64,000 nt of DNA from Isurus oxyrinchus (lineage: Eukaryota). The notes beneath the pieces are model-generated. The model did not search any database, was not told the DNA's origin, and saw nothing but the letters and a program-made list of their open reading frames with translations. Shown piece by piece: positions 12,294 through 24,608 of this stretch. Position 1 is the stretch's first letter. Each line of letters begins with the position of its first letter. The position numbers and the translations under genes were made by a program. The stretch covers positions 1,674,001-1,738,000 of the forward strand of contig JANJGN010000100.1 in the NCBI GenBank assembly GCA_026770705.1, written 5' to 3'.

Positions 12294-12807
12294 TATTACA
12301 AACTGTCTGCAGAATTAATCATAAATCTTCTTCTCATCCATGTTACTAAAAGTTATTTCAGTTGCAAACATTCACTAAATTTGGAGTCTGAAACGGAACA
12401 ATCATTGGCCAATTTGGTGACACCGTTGTTTTCTGGGTCTTTGTCTCTCCTTAGGCCTCTATCACTCTCGGTGTACATGTCCGTGTGTGTTCCTCTCTGT
12501 GTGTCAATGTGGTTCAGTCCCCCGAGGGGTTGAACACATATTTTCCCATCACAAACTTTTTACACATTGGTTGTGCAGCTTCACATTACAATGTAACAGA
12601 GAAAAGTATCAAGATGAAAGGGGAATTTGCAATGTTCTTACATCCCAGATCTTCATCTCTGTATTTGCTCTTGAGCTGTTGTAATTCCAAGGTCTGATAC
12701 TAGCTCTTGCTCCATTCATTCTGGTAGAGGTGATACGCAGGGTTTCTACGTTTTTTATTATTCAAGGTCATCCTAGCACTTCGTCCTAAGTTATCAAATT
12801 CACTGGT

Positions 12808-12877
12808 TTCTCACCAGGAATCAAACCCACGCCCTTGACTATAAAAGCGCAGAATCGTAGCTTTGGGCCACCAGGGA
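12808..12877 (-). pseudogene. tRNA-Glu pseudogene (highly degenerate)
   Basis: Minus strand reads TCCCTGGTGGCCC...GGGTTTGATTCCTGGTGAGAA. Confidence 0.6.
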
Positions 12878-14073
12878 AGGTGCTCACCAGTCTCACAACC
12901 TGGGTAAGCCATGCTACCTGTGCCTTTTATTTTCATTTCCGACCTCTTTCATTAGAGACACGTTTCTCCCCCAAATTTTATACGTTTATATAAAACGCAA
13001 ACAACATCCATTGTCAGACAGTTCCGGGTTGTTACTGGGTCCTTAAGCCACAAAGAGAAAATAATCCAACTCTCCTGTTGCCCAGCGGGTTCCAACAGCA
13101 GTGATTTTTTTATCTGAATATAAATTTAAAATAAAATTTAACAACTGACCAACCAGGTACCTACAAATCTATGAAGTATTGAATTCAAATAGACCCGTTA
13201 ATGATTCCCTCTTCCTCAGCTCCGCAGTGAGTGAGACAGGGAAAAGCAGAAAAGCAGCAACATTCCGGCCCCGCACTCTCCAATCACCCGCTGCCAGCAA
13301 ACAGATACACTCACTTTCCTGAGTGTTTATTCTGTGAAATGGTGAAGAGCGAATCTAAGTCACTTATAAGATACTGCGCTGAGTTAATATCCAACAACAA
13401 ACAGGAACAAGTAGCTTTCCTTTAATTTAAAGGGCAAGTTTTTATAATGCTTCTGCATACAATTACTTATATTTATAAAGCGCATTTAACCTGTTGAAAC
13501 GTCACAAGGTGTCCCCCGTGATCATTATATAACAAAGTGTGAGACCGAGCCTCACATTCGGTCAGATGACTAAAAGCTCGGTCAAAGGGGGAGGCTTTAA
13601 AAACTGTCTTACAGGAGGAAAGTATCGATTTAATGTTCCAGCTAACAGCAATGGTTCTTCTCATTGGCTAAAGAAGTCTCCTGTGTTCAACCTAAATAGA
13701 CCAATTAGTCGGAGAAAGTTCTCTCTAGTGAAAAGATCGGGAATGAAACAAAAAGTCGAAAGAGGCCTCTAAATGTCAAACCTTTTTGGTACTTTCCCTG
13801 ATGTCTCATGACTGGGGATCGGCGCTTCCATTGGCCCACAGCGAATAGGGTGGAGGGTTTGGAAATTGAAAGTTACGCATGAGCAGCTTGTGGGACTATT
13901 TCACCTCACTGTCAATTTCATGTTCCAGCTCACAGAAACCGTTGTTCTCATTGGCTGAAGAATTCGTTTGTGTTAAGCCTAAACAGGCAGTTTTGTGGTG
14001 AAAGAGATCTGAACTGAAAAACAATACGCAAAAGCAGCGTGGATAAGCCAAATCAAAATATAATTTGATAGAT

Positions 14074-14145
14074 TCCCTGGTGGTCTAGTGGTTAGGATTT
14101 GATGTTTTCACCGCTGCGGCATGGGTTCAATTGCTGGTCAGGGGA
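14074..14145 (+). pseudogene. tRNA-Glu(TTC) pseudogene
   Basis: TCCCTGGTGGTCTAGTGGTTAGGATT...TTC...GGGTTCAATTGCTGGTCAGGGGA. Anticodon and T stems are disrupted, largely by CpG-type transitions. Confidence 0.85.
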
Positions 14146-15123
14146 TTAATGTTTGTTAAGTGTGGTCACTTTCTATTTGCAAACATTTGTACCCAGAGTT
14201 GAAATTTTTGCCTCATAGCAAGAAATGTCACACTTCGAACAAGTCGAGAGCAAACAGACAGGAAGAAGGGCTGGTTGCAAGGTGAAATATGGGTGGGAGA
14301 TGGACGAATGTTACTGTCTCCCATTTGCACCGGCACAAATATCACTTCTGATAATCAACTCCGCTTTGAAAGCAGCACGCCGCGCCCAATGGTCTCTTTC
14401 TATGCTGTAATTTTCTATAATGTTATGTTTCCCAACACTGCCACTTTATAAACTACTCTAGCGAAATGCGCTTTCTTACCTTGTATTCGGCTCGTCTGAA
14501 ACCAAACCACGGAGCAGATTCAACGAGTTTTCTTGTCATTTCCAGCACGAGAATAGTTATGAGACTAAATGAGCGACACATTAATGGTGCCGATCCTTCA
14601 CTGGAGCTCACCGCGTCCCAAGAGCATTGTTATCATCAGCCTGCTATGTACCTTCCTGCAGTACATCCGCTGAACAATATAAGCTTATCACAGCTCTGTT
14701 TTCTTCACATTGAAATCCTGTGTGAAAATGTGAACAACTTCAAAGCTGAATAACGTATCCAACGTATCCAAGTAACACTGTGGATAATCGGCACTGTGTA
14801 CGTTCCTGAAATCAGTATCTGGGAGAATCAGGAAGATGAGATCCTGGTGTCTTTTTACTCTATGGTCTGCAAACCTATCATATTGTGTCTTCCATTCCCA
14901 TAAACTGACTGTGTCTGCATCGAGCAGCTAATTGACCTGGGAGCTGTAAGGGCAGAGGGAGCTGGAGGCGACACAGGGACAGAAGCAGAAAGAAACGCGA
15001 CATGAAAGTGCTTTGAATTTGATGTCTGTCAGTTGGTGCCAGTGGTGAATGTCTGCCTTGTAGGTGCCACTGAATGAGGTTATGGTTTTTGTTTTAAAGC
15101 AGCAAGATTGTAAATAACAACAG

Positions 15124-15196
15124 CCCCCAGCATGGGGCTCCAACACGTGACCCTGAAATTAAGCGTTTTATATTCTATTGACTGAGTTAGCCGGGA
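15124..15196 (-). pseudogene. tRNA-Lys(CTT) pseudogene
   Basis: Minus strand CCCGGCTAACTCAGTC...CTTAATTTCAGGGTCACGTGTTGGAGCCCCATGCTGGG is a degenerate match to vertebrate Lys-CTT. Confidence 0.75.
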
Positions 15197-16510
15197 ATGA
15201 GGGAAGGAATCCTTCATATCCCAACACATATGGCGACAGACGTTTTTTTCTATTTCACCTGGACCCTCAGCTTGTTCTGAATCTTAGAGTGGAGAAGGGA
15301 ATCGACCTACAAAAGCCCCAAGGTTGCAATGCATTCCTCTCAATCTCAATAACATCATTCCCATCTTCCGTTTCTTAGTTGCACCTCCTTCCAAAAATTT
15401 CAAACTCTCTCTTTCATTTTTCATCCTGATATTTTTCTCTAACATTTTAAGATGAAGTTGCACAACTAGTTTAAACAAAGTTAGTGATGGTAAAAATGTG
15501 TTCACCCTTCGGGGAACTGACTCACAGTGACACACTCAGAGGAGCACGCACAAACATATGCACCGAGAGTGACAGAGGGCAAGGGTTTGTCTCTAAGGAG
15601 AGGCAAATATCCAGAAAGCAAGCATGAAGCCAAGTTTTATTCCAGTTCCAAATTTCGTGAGTGTTTTCGTGAATGAACAGAAATAGAAAAACTGCCAAGT
15701 GTTTGGATGGATTTTATTCAATTTAACCGATAATTAACTCTGTAGACACACTTTAAACCAGGAATACTGAGAAGCGAGGAATCCCAATGGACTTGGGCTC
15801 CCTCACCTAAATCAATCGACCACGACAACTGGCCCTGTGTACAGGTTAATGTTGATGGTATAAAATCATAAATATCTACAGCAGAGGAAGATGACATTCA
15901 GCCCATTATGACAAGGCCGGCTTATGGCAAAAGAAATTCAGCTAATTTGATAACCCCACATTTTCTCCACTGCAATTTAAATTTATATTGTCTCTCCTCG
16001 CTCTTCCTGTTAAAATGAAGCATGACAGGCATCTATTTTGACAGTGAGCTGGCACCTTTTGCATCATTCGCGTTTGTAGTTATATGTTAAGTAAATGTAA
16101 TTTCTCTCAGTCACATTACATTTCCTATTCACCATTTCACAGGATAAACCTTCAGCAAAGTGAGAAAATCTTTCAGCTGGCAGCGGGTGATTGGAGAGTG
16201 GGGGGCCGAAATATTGTTACTTTTCTGCTTTTCCCTGTCTCACTCTCTGTGGAGCCGAGAAAGAGAGAATCATTGACGTGTTTTGTTTGAATCCAATAAT
16301 TTCACAGGTGTCTTATGAGTTAGATGTAATTACATAGTCGTTTATTGTTTTTATTGTGTTTGAAATGAACATTCAAAACAAAAACATTGGTGTGGCAAGA
16401 CACTGGTTAAGGGTAAAGTTTGCAGGATATTTCCTTGCAGCTCAAGTAGCCAATGAGAGCCCGGAACTGTGTGACAATGAAAGCTGATAGGGAGGAAGAA
16501 GTGAAATCTT

Positions 16511-16584
16511 GGTCCCTGGGTGGTTTTGAAACACCAACCGTTTGGTTAACAGTCGAACGTGCTAAACAAATGCACCACCGAGAC
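16511..16584 (-). pseudogene. tRNA-Asn(GTT) pseudogene
   Basis: GTCTCGGTGGTGCATTTG...TTCGACTGTTAACCAAA...TTCAAAACCACCCAGGGAC, with multiple stem mismatches. Confidence 0.8.
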
Positions 16585-17803
16585 TGACGTAAGGCTGATT
16601 TGCCAGCTTTCCTAAACCAAGGTGTCAGTGAGTTTAAGCTTCAGATTGCTGCTACCGGGGTGACAATTGTTCTCTTCATTTTTACTCTTCCAAAATAAAG
16701 GGAGGGACATTCATTGTGGATACATGGAAACAGGCTGATTCCACCCACTGCAGACACATCCATGTCACCGGGAATCAGCTCTCCAACAACCGGTGCCGTC
16801 TCCCTTCGAGCCTTTCGGTGGCTTGTCTGTTACCAAGTATTCTGATTGTCCTGAAGCCGATCTTAGGTGTGAATTCCTGATGTGCAGTAACGAGAATCAT
16901 TTCAATCTCTCAGGTCAGATAACTTCACTGACAACATCAAAGTTAATGTTCCAGCGTCTTAAAGAAGGGAAAGGTACCTTGTATGTCTCTGGTCAGTCGA
17001 ACAGATCACCCTTCATTCTCCCCTGATTCTGGTTCCCAAAAAGTTTCTAAAGATTCACAAAGCTGGACACTGGGTTTTCTGTTCTGGTTCTTTCTCCATT
17101 TTCCCAGCTGCCAACTGACAATATTTTCCAAATATTCAGGAGAGACAGCAAAGTGGCCTCGAGACCACAATCAGATCAGCCATGATCTTACTGAATGGCA
17201 GAGCGGGGTCAAAGGGCTGAATGGCCTCCTCCTGATCCTCATTCCTCTTTCCTGTGACACAGCCCGGATCAACTCCTGACTTTAGCAAACTGCCTTCGGA
17301 ATTAATGATTAGTTAAATGAAATAAAAACTATCCAACTATTTCTGTGTTTCTTATTTCCGTTCATCTGCAAACATTCACTAAATCTGCAATCCGAAATGG
17401 AACAATAATTGGTCAAGTTGGTGACATCCTTGTTTTCTGGGTGTTTGTCACACTCAGTGTAAAGATCTGTGTGTGTGAATGTGCTTCTGTTCCCCGAGAG
17501 GTTGAACACATTTTTCACCATTACAAACTTTAGTCATATTAGTTTTGCAGTTTAATACTAAAGTGTTACAGAGAAACTATCAAGATGAAAGATTGAAGAG
17601 GAGTTTGCAATGTTTGGAAGGAGGTGCAGCTAAGAAGTGGAAGGTATGAATGATGTTATTGATGAATGAGAGGAATGTATTGCAAACTATGGGCTTTCGG
17701 AGGTCGATCACCTTTGAAATTCAGAACAAGCTGAGGCTCGAGGTCGAAAACTGCCATGATCTCCATGGATGTTGGGATGTGGAATACTTCGCTCTTCTGA
17801 CAT

Positions 17804-17878
17804 GCCTGGCGAGTTCAGTCGACAGTGTCTGAGGCTCTAAACACCAGGTCTGTTCGGTTTGCGATCTGTGCTCGGCTG
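17804..17878 (+). pseudogene. tRNA-Lys-like remnant
   Basis: GCCTGGCGAGTTCAGTCGACAG 5' end. The upstream flank is homologous to those of the other Lys copies. Confidence 0.45.
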
Positions 17879-17886
17879 AAAAGCAG

Positions 17887-19217
17887 TGGTGCATGGGAAA
17901 ATGTAGAGGTGATAGGGGAGATTTTATTGTTTGCACTGACACAATTATCTCCCAGATCTGTTTCCATACCTCGTGCCAAATGAGAAGGAAATTTCCCACT
18001 GGATCTATTCAGTTCCATGACCTTAAAGGAGTTGAACACAAGGGAAGTGTGTGTATTTTGCTGGAAAGGGTTGTAAGATGATGGAATGACTGTGAAGGCA
18101 GCAGCAGTGGAGATGGAAATGAAACAATTATAGAAAGTTACAGCGCAGAAAGAGGCCATTCGGCCCGGCGTGCTGCTTTGAAAGAGCAGTTGTGATTGGT
18201 TGATCAGTGATATTTGTCCCAGTTTGAACAGCAGGAAGAAAAATCTGTCCCATTCCTACCCACATTTTACACCATCATCCCTTTAGTCTGTTTCTCTCTC
18301 ATGCCTTGTAACTTATCACAGTCCTTCCCTTCTGTCCTTTCACTCCCGAAATTCCCTTTTTAAACCTTGCTGCTTCCATGGGTGATCCCCAGGGCTCGAT
18401 TCCTCCGGCAGTGTCACCGCTCAAACCGAATCTTTCTCCATCCTGCTTTGTTAATATCACAGCCGCTGGTTTCTGACTGAAAACTGCTCTCTGCGTCATT
18501 GAAATTCAGAGTATTTAATTCTGAACATTTGGTGCTTTCACCACCACAGCCTACGTTTAATTCCCGTGCAGAAAAATCCTTTCCCTTCCCGTTGTGTGAA
18601 CTATAGCAATGAATAGGAATTCCTTATTGAATGTAATCAGGTCTGGCAGCGTCTGTGGAGTGAGAAACAGCGTTCATCTTCAGCTGGATGATCTTTCATC
18701 AGACCTGGAAAATTCAGAGATGTAACAGGTGGAAAACAAGTCCAGAGCCAGAGGGAGGGGAGTGAAAGGACAAAAGGGAAGGACTGTGATAGGTTACAAG
18801 GCACGAGAGAGAAACAGACTAAAGGGATGATGGTGCAAAATATGGATGGGAATGGGACAGATTTTTCTTCCTGCTGTTCAAACGGACAAATATCACTGAT
18901 CAACCAATCAGAACTGCTTTTTCAAAGCAGCACGCCGGGCCGAATGGCCTCTTTCTGCGCTGTCACTTTCTATAATTTTTTCATTTCCATCCTCACTGCT
19001 GCTGCCTTCACAGTGATTCTATCATCTTACAACCCATTCCAGCAAAGTCCACACACTTCCCTTGTGTTTAGTTCCTTTAAAATCATGGAAATGAGTAAAT
19101 TCAGTGGGAAATTCCCTTCTCATTTGGCAGGAGATTTGGAAACAGATCTGGGAAATATTCGTGTCAGTGCAAACAATAAAATCTCCCCTATCACCTCTAC
19201 AGTTTTCCCATGCACCA
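17887..19217. repeat. Inverted repeat: arms 17887-18347 and 18758-19217 (~460 bp), ~410 bp spacer
   Basis: The arms are reverse complements, e.g. gaaagaggccattcggcccggcgtgctgctttg vs caaagcagcacgccgggccgaatggcctctttc. The ORF track gives near-identical peptides on opposite strands. Confidence 0.92.
18503..18575 (+). pseudogene. tRNA-Glu(TTC)-like remnant inside the inverted-repeat spacer
   Basis: atttggtgctttcaccaccacagcc...tttaattcccg resembles the anticodon and T arms of Glu-TTC. Confidence 0.45.
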
Positions 19218-19437
19218 GTATCTCTATGGTCACTGCTTTTCAGCCTATCACAGCCCTTCTCTGATTTCCTACCTTCACCTCTGTATTTGTTCGTGACCTA
19301 TTGCACGGGTGACATTTCCGGCTCTGATGCAAAACTCCAGCTCTTACTCCACTGATTCAGGCGGAGCTGATATGCGTTTTCCGTTTTCAATCAGGAAGTA
19401 ATGCATATTTATATTAATCATTCGCATGACATTTATA

Positions 19438-19470
19438 AGCGCCCAATCCTAACCACTAGACCCCCAGGCT
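19438..19470 (-). pseudogene. 5' half of tRNA-Glu
   Basis: Minus strand CCTGGGGGTCTAGTGGTTAGGATTGGGCGCT. Confidence 0.6.
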
Positions 19471-19916
19471 TGCAAATTCACAGCCCGGCTTATACATGCT
19501 ACCTGTGCATTTTATTTTCATTTCACATCTCTTTCACCAGAGGCATCTTTCTCCTACAAAATGACACGTTTATGTGGAACACAAACGACTTCTTCAGCCA
19601 ATGACAACAGCGATTGCTGTTAGCTGGAGCAGCATTCATTGTCACACAATCCCGCGTTGTCATTGGGTCCTTAAGTGACAAAAAAGAGCAGAAATCGCCA
19701 ACTCTCCTGTTACCCGGCGAGTTCCAACAGACTTGTTTTTTATTCAATATTCATTTTGAATATTTTCCATTCACCCGCTGCCAGTTGAAGGATATCCTCA
19801 ATTTGCTGAGTGTTCACCTTGTGAAAAGACGAAGAATAAGTGCAATCCAGCTGCGAGATTCTGCATTCTGCAACAAGGAAACTTTCCCTCTCCCCTAATT
19901 GAACAAGTTTCAATAA

Positions 19917-19989
19917 TGTTTCTGCCTGGTTTTGAACCGGGGCCCTTTCACGTGTCAGGCGAATGTGTTAACCACTACACTACAGAAAC
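19917..19989 (-). tRNA. tRNA-Val with GAC anticodon (nearly intact; functional status uncertain)
   Basis: GTTTCTGTAGTGTAGTGGTTAACACATTCGCCTGACACGTGAAAGGGCCCCGGTTCAAAACCAGGCAGAAACA. Acceptor and D stems are perfect, with one C-A mismatch in the T stem. A and B boxes are present. Confidence 0.75.
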
Positions 19990-20652
19990 TTCACATGCAA
20001 TAACTCTAGTGCACCTGACCAAAATGCAGTTCCGCAGCAGCACTTTCGGTCCATGTTTTGAAGAAGTGGAATTCGGCTGTTCTCAGTAGGAATGCTGGAG
20101 ACAAACTGATCAACAATGTCATCATCAAATGGCACAGCATGTTGGAGAATCATTAGATCATCGCAGCTTCTTTTTTAAAGAGCAATCAATTAGTCTCAAT
20201 ATTCCTCTCTCTTTCCATAAGCCTCAATTTCTCTATTTCAAGTAACTGTCTAATTCACTGTTGAAGGAGTTTCTGCAGAATCCATGCACAGTTTCCCTGA
20301 CCCAGTGACATGCAGATTTGGACTTGGGTTCCTTCCAGTCCCTCGAGGAGTTGATCCTCATCCCAGCGCTGCCGCAGTTTAAGTCACATTCCCACTTTTG
20401 GGCACTTTAGTAATTCCCTTTCGAGAACAGGAGGGGGCGCTAGTTTAATATAGGGCGGGTTGTGGTCCTTAATTTTGTTTGGAAAAGCACAGAGAGGCAA
20501 TAGAAATATAAATTGTTGTGGGGGTAAAGGCGGGTGTGTGGAATCGGTACAGCTGCTCTTCCAGAGAGCCAGCACAGACACGACGAGCCGATTGACTTAT
20601 TTTTCAAATCTCTGATTTGATAAGGACACATTGGAGCTCGCGAACAGCTGTT

Positions 20653-20731
20653 ATTCAAGCTGCATGTTTAAGGTGATGGATTTGAAATTCATTGGTGTCT
20701 CCCCCTGAAGGTTTGAATCCTGCTGACCACA
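20653..20731 (+). pseudogene. tRNA-Ser(TGA)-like pseudogene
   Basis: ttaaggtgatggatttgaaattcattggtgtctcccc...ggtttgaatcctgctgaccac. Confidence 0.65.
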
Positions 20732-20997
20732 GTTCACATTATTCCTCATTTTATCCCGGTGCCACCAAACTCATCCCTGTGGCTCCTGTGAAACTGACAA
20801 GGTGACACACGTCAGAAATTCATCACTGAAAGTAACTGATACACACCAAATTCTGCCGCTTTCATGTTGCATCTTTTAACTTCCTGTTCTCCATCTCTGA
20901 CATTTCCACGTCTATCAAATGTCACCCACCTGGGACTTTGCATCTACCTCAGTCTATTGAATATGGTCGACTTTCCCATGTGGTCTTGTTATCACGT

Positions 20998-21070
20998 AGC
21001 TCCATAGCTCATTGGTTGGAGCACTGCTCTTGCAATACAGGGGCTGTAAGTTCAACCTTTGCTAGACCCT
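20998..21070 (+). pseudogene. tRNA-Thr-derived pseudogene
   Basis: AGCTCCATAGCTCATTGGTTGGAGCACTG...CAGGGG...AGTTCAACCT matches the vertebrate Thr-TGT body. The anticodon loop has drifted to TGC and the stems are broken. Confidence 0.7.
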
Positions 21071-21184
21071 ATCATTAACCTTTAGCTGAGAATACGAAGT
21101 TATGTGGAAAGCTGAAAAACTGCAGAACAATATATACGAAGAAAAAGAAAAGTAATGCGGTGAAGCATTTTGCTTTTAAGTTAA

Positions 21185-22470
21185 AGTACTGTGGATGCTG
21201 GAAATCTGAAGTAAAAACTCAACATCTGGCAGCATCTATGGAGAGAGAAACAGAGTCAACGTCTCGATTCCATGTGATCTTCTTCAGAGCTAAAGAGAAG
21301 CAGAAATGTTCACTGTTTTTATACTGTTTACAAGGGGGTGGGGAGGAGCAGGTGGGGAGGTCAGGAAGAATTGACAAAGATATTATGGGCACAATCAAAG
21401 AGAGTGTTAATGGTACCGGTAAGGGCTAAAATGGTGCTGATATTTGCATAAAGGTAAGAAAGCAGAATGTGTGAATAGCAGAACAAGGATCAGCACTCTG
21501 TGAAAGAACAAGATAGAGCAATGACAGATGGCCCTTTAGGGGCCTCTCTCCTCACCTTCCAAGGGCCCAAACATTCATTTCAGGTGAAGCAGCGATTCAT
21601 TTGCACCTCCAATCTTGTCCATTGCATTCACTGCTCCCAATGGGGTCTCCCCTACATTGGAGAGACCAAACACAGACTGACGACCGCTTTGTGGAACATC
21701 TTCAGTCTGTCTGCAAGCATGACCCAGACCTCCCTGTTATTTGCTATTTCAAAACTCCACCCAGCTCTCATGCCCATATGTCTATCATTGGCTTGCTGCA
21801 TTGTTCCAGTGAAGCTCAATGCAAGATGGAGGAACAACACCTCATCTTCTGATTAGGCACTTTACAGCCTTCTGCACTTAACATTGAGTTCAATAGCTTC
21901 AGATCACGAACTCTCTCCTCCATTTTCACCCTTTTCAAAATCTCTTCATAAAAAAGTATTTTATTAACATATTTTTCATTCATTTATTCATTATTTCACC
22001 CCTTTATTATCCCCTTTTCTAACTTTTTCCCCCAACTATCTCCCCCCCCCCCCCACATCCCACCCCCAAAAGGGCCATCTGTTACTCATTCCATGTTGTT
22101 TTTAAACAGAGCGCTGATCCTTGTTCTGCTATTCACACATCCTGCTTTCTTACCTTTATACCACTATCAGCACCTTCTTCAGCCCTTACCACTACCATTA
22201 ACATCGCCTTTGTCTTCTGTCCAGGGCACCTTTGTCAGTCCCTCCTTAGCCCCCACGTATCGCTGACCTTCTATCCAGAATCACCGGCTCTACCGGTCCC
22301 ACCCCTCCCCCTCCCCGCCTCACTTAAACAGTGTAAATTCCATCACTTTCTACTTCCCTTCATCTCTGAAGAAGAGTCATACGGACTCGAAACGTGAACA
22401 GTGTTTCCCTCACCACCAGGTCTGTGATAAAACTCAAAACTGTTCAGTTTTTCCTGGACTTTCTGTTTTT
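21185..22470 (+). mobile_element. Penelope-like element 3' fragment (GIY-YIG endonuclease remnant) preceded by an inverted copy of its 3' region
   Basis: 21545-21850 encodes FQGPKHSFQVKQRFICTSNLVHCIHCSQ..YIGETK..DRFVEHL..EEQHLIF. 21235-21536 is the reverse complement of 22071-22415. Confidence 0.8.
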
Positions 22471-22667
22471 ATAATATATAAGAAGTGATTGGACAACAAG
22501 ATGTAAGATGGAGAAAAATGTGGCAAAGACTGAAGCAACTCAGTTAGTCATAGTAAATTTTCAAAAGCAACAAAGCAGAACACGTTTGAAAAGGTGAGAA
22601 AGATGTGCTGATGTTCAAAGAGACTCGGCTGCACTTGTGCAAAGAACGTGGAAAGTTCCATCAGTCC

Positions 22668-22727
22668 CTACAGCACAATTGATCAGCGTGTTCGACTAAC
22701 TGAAAGTTTGGCGGTTCTCAGGGATGA
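22668..22727 (+). pseudogene. tRNA-Asn-like remnant with deletions
   Basis: gcacaattgatcagcgtgttcgactaactgaaagtttggcggttc...cagggatg. Confidence 0.45.
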
Positions 22728-22828
22728 AGGTTCCAATGTTTTTTCCTCCCATCAGCATTCATTGTCCCACAGATTTGGGTTGTCAACGGCGGCAAGAAAT
22801 TTTTCCACAAATGTTTCCAGTTCTACTT

Positions 22829-22901
22829 CTCTGCAGTGGGTTTTGAACCAGAGAATCTTCCCCATGTAAATGAAATGTGATAATCACTGGACTACAGAAA
22901 C
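22829..22901 (-). pseudogene. tRNA-Val pseudogene
   Basis: Minus strand GTTTCTGTAGTCCAGTGATTATCACATTTC...TGGTTCAAAACCC. The flank is homologous to that of the 19917 copy. Confidence 0.65.
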
Positions 22902-23399
22902 TACACGCACTCTTTGCAGAACGACCTAGAATATTAAACTGTGCTGTCTTACTGCAGTTCCGAACCTTTTTATAGAAGTACAATTCGGCTGAGAACCTTA
23001 GCCCTGCGGCAGAGAAATTGATCGAACATTAGAATCATCAGATGACACAGCACATCAGCAGCTCATTCAACACTACCCGCATGTGCAAACAATCTTGAAG
23101 CAAATCCGTCCCCATCTTTCTCTCTTTCTTCAGAGCCATGTATTTTTCAGAATATTACTCAAAACCTGGAGAAGAATAAATGTCACGTGATTTTGAAATG
23201 TTGCATCCAGTTACCATTTAACAACAAACGGGAACGATGCAACCTTTCCTCACACTTAATTCTGTTAATGCTTCCAAATCATTTGGAGCGGGGAAACTTT
23301 CCGTGTGTGAGAGACCATGATCCCTATTACTCTACACAAACCCTGCAATATGAAGAGCCTAATTTAACATACAGAAGTCAGAGATCCGGGAAGTTTCAG

Positions 23400-24449
23400 A
23401 TTAGAAAGATGTAACTAATGGAGTGCCATAAGCATCAGTCCCAGGGACTCAATTATTTACTATCTATACTAATGACATGGAGGAGGGGGCAGAGTGTAAT
23501 GTATCCAAATTTTCTGATGATACAAAAATAGGTGGGAGGTCAGGTTGTGATGAGGACTTGAAGAATCTTCAAGGGTATATAGATAAGTTAAATCAGTGGG
23601 CAAAAGTTGGCAGATGGAGTTTAATGTAGGAAAGTTTAAGATCATACACATTGCTAGGAAGAATTGAAAGGCAGAATATTATATAACTGGACGGAGACTC
23701 CAAAAAAGTGCAGCACAGAGGGATCTGGGTGTTCCTATGCATGAAACAAAAAAAACTTGGCATGCAGATGCAGCAAGTAATTCAGAAGGCAAATGGAATT
23801 TTGGCCCGTTTTGCTCGTGGTTGGAGTTTAAAAATCGGGAAGTCTTGTTACAGCTGTACAGGGTGTTGGTGAGGCCGCAACTGGAGTTCTGTGTACAGTT
23901 TTGGTCCCCATATTTACGGAAGCATATATAGGCATTGCAGGCAGTTCAAAAGAGATGCACTAGGCTGATTCCTGGGAAGAAGGGGTTGACTAATCATGAA
24001 CTGTGAAGCAAGTGAAGACTTTATTCATTAGAGTTTAGAATACTGAGGGGTGATCTTATTGAAACGTGAAAGATTCCGAGGCAGTTGACAGGATAGATGT
24101 TGAGAAGATGTTTCCACTAATGGGGGAACCTCCAACTTGGGGACATAGTTACAGAATCGGAGGGCACTCATTAAAAACTGAGATGCGAAGGAAATTCTTC
24201 TCCCAGAGGGTAGTGCATGCTTGGAATTCTCTACTCAAGGGAGTTGTGGAGGGTAGCTCACTGAGAGTATTTAAAGAGGAGGTAGATAGATTATTGAAAT
24301 ATCGGGGATTGAGGGCTATAAAGAGCTAGCAGGAAAGAGGAGTTGAGGTCTGGGCAGAGTAACCATGGCCTTATTGAGTAGTGGGGCAGGCTTGACGGGC
24401 CGAATGGCCGACTCCTGCTCCTATTTCTAATGTTCTTATGTTCTTATGA
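23400..24449 (+). mobile_element. CR1-type LINE, 5'-truncated, decayed RT and 3' UTR
   Basis: [42 protein letters not shown] and FFSQRVVHAWNSL. Ends in gttcttatgttcttatg. Confidence 0.9.
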
Positions 24450-24536
24450 AACGTGTCTCTGGTGAAAGAGGTCTGAAGCAAAAATAAAAGGCAAAGGTAG
24501 CATAGATAAGGCACGTTGTGAGGCTTGTGAGCAGCT

Positions 24537-24608
24537 TTCTTGGTGGTCTAGTGGTCAGGATTCAGTGCTTTCACTGCTGTGGTCCAGGTTTGATCCCTTG
24601 TCAGGGAA
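24537..24608 (+). pseudogene. tRNA-Glu(TTC) pseudogene
   Basis: TTCTTGGTGGTCTAGTGGTCAGGATTCAGTGCTTTCACTGCTGTGGTCCAGGTTTGATCCCTTGTCAGGGAA. All CpGs are decayed and the B box is mutated. Confidence 0.85.

Noticed and set aside
16620-17030. Peptide PFEPF..SVTKYSDCPEAD..EFLMCSNE recurring in three ORFs (16793, 27459, 36172)
   Set aside because: It is explained by the triplicated tRNA module. Starts, ends and frames differ between copies and no protein family is recognisable.
20998-21070. Thr-body tRNA with TGC (Ala) anticodon as a recoding tRNA
   Set aside because: The anticodon, T and acceptor stems are broken, so it is a decayed pseudogene.
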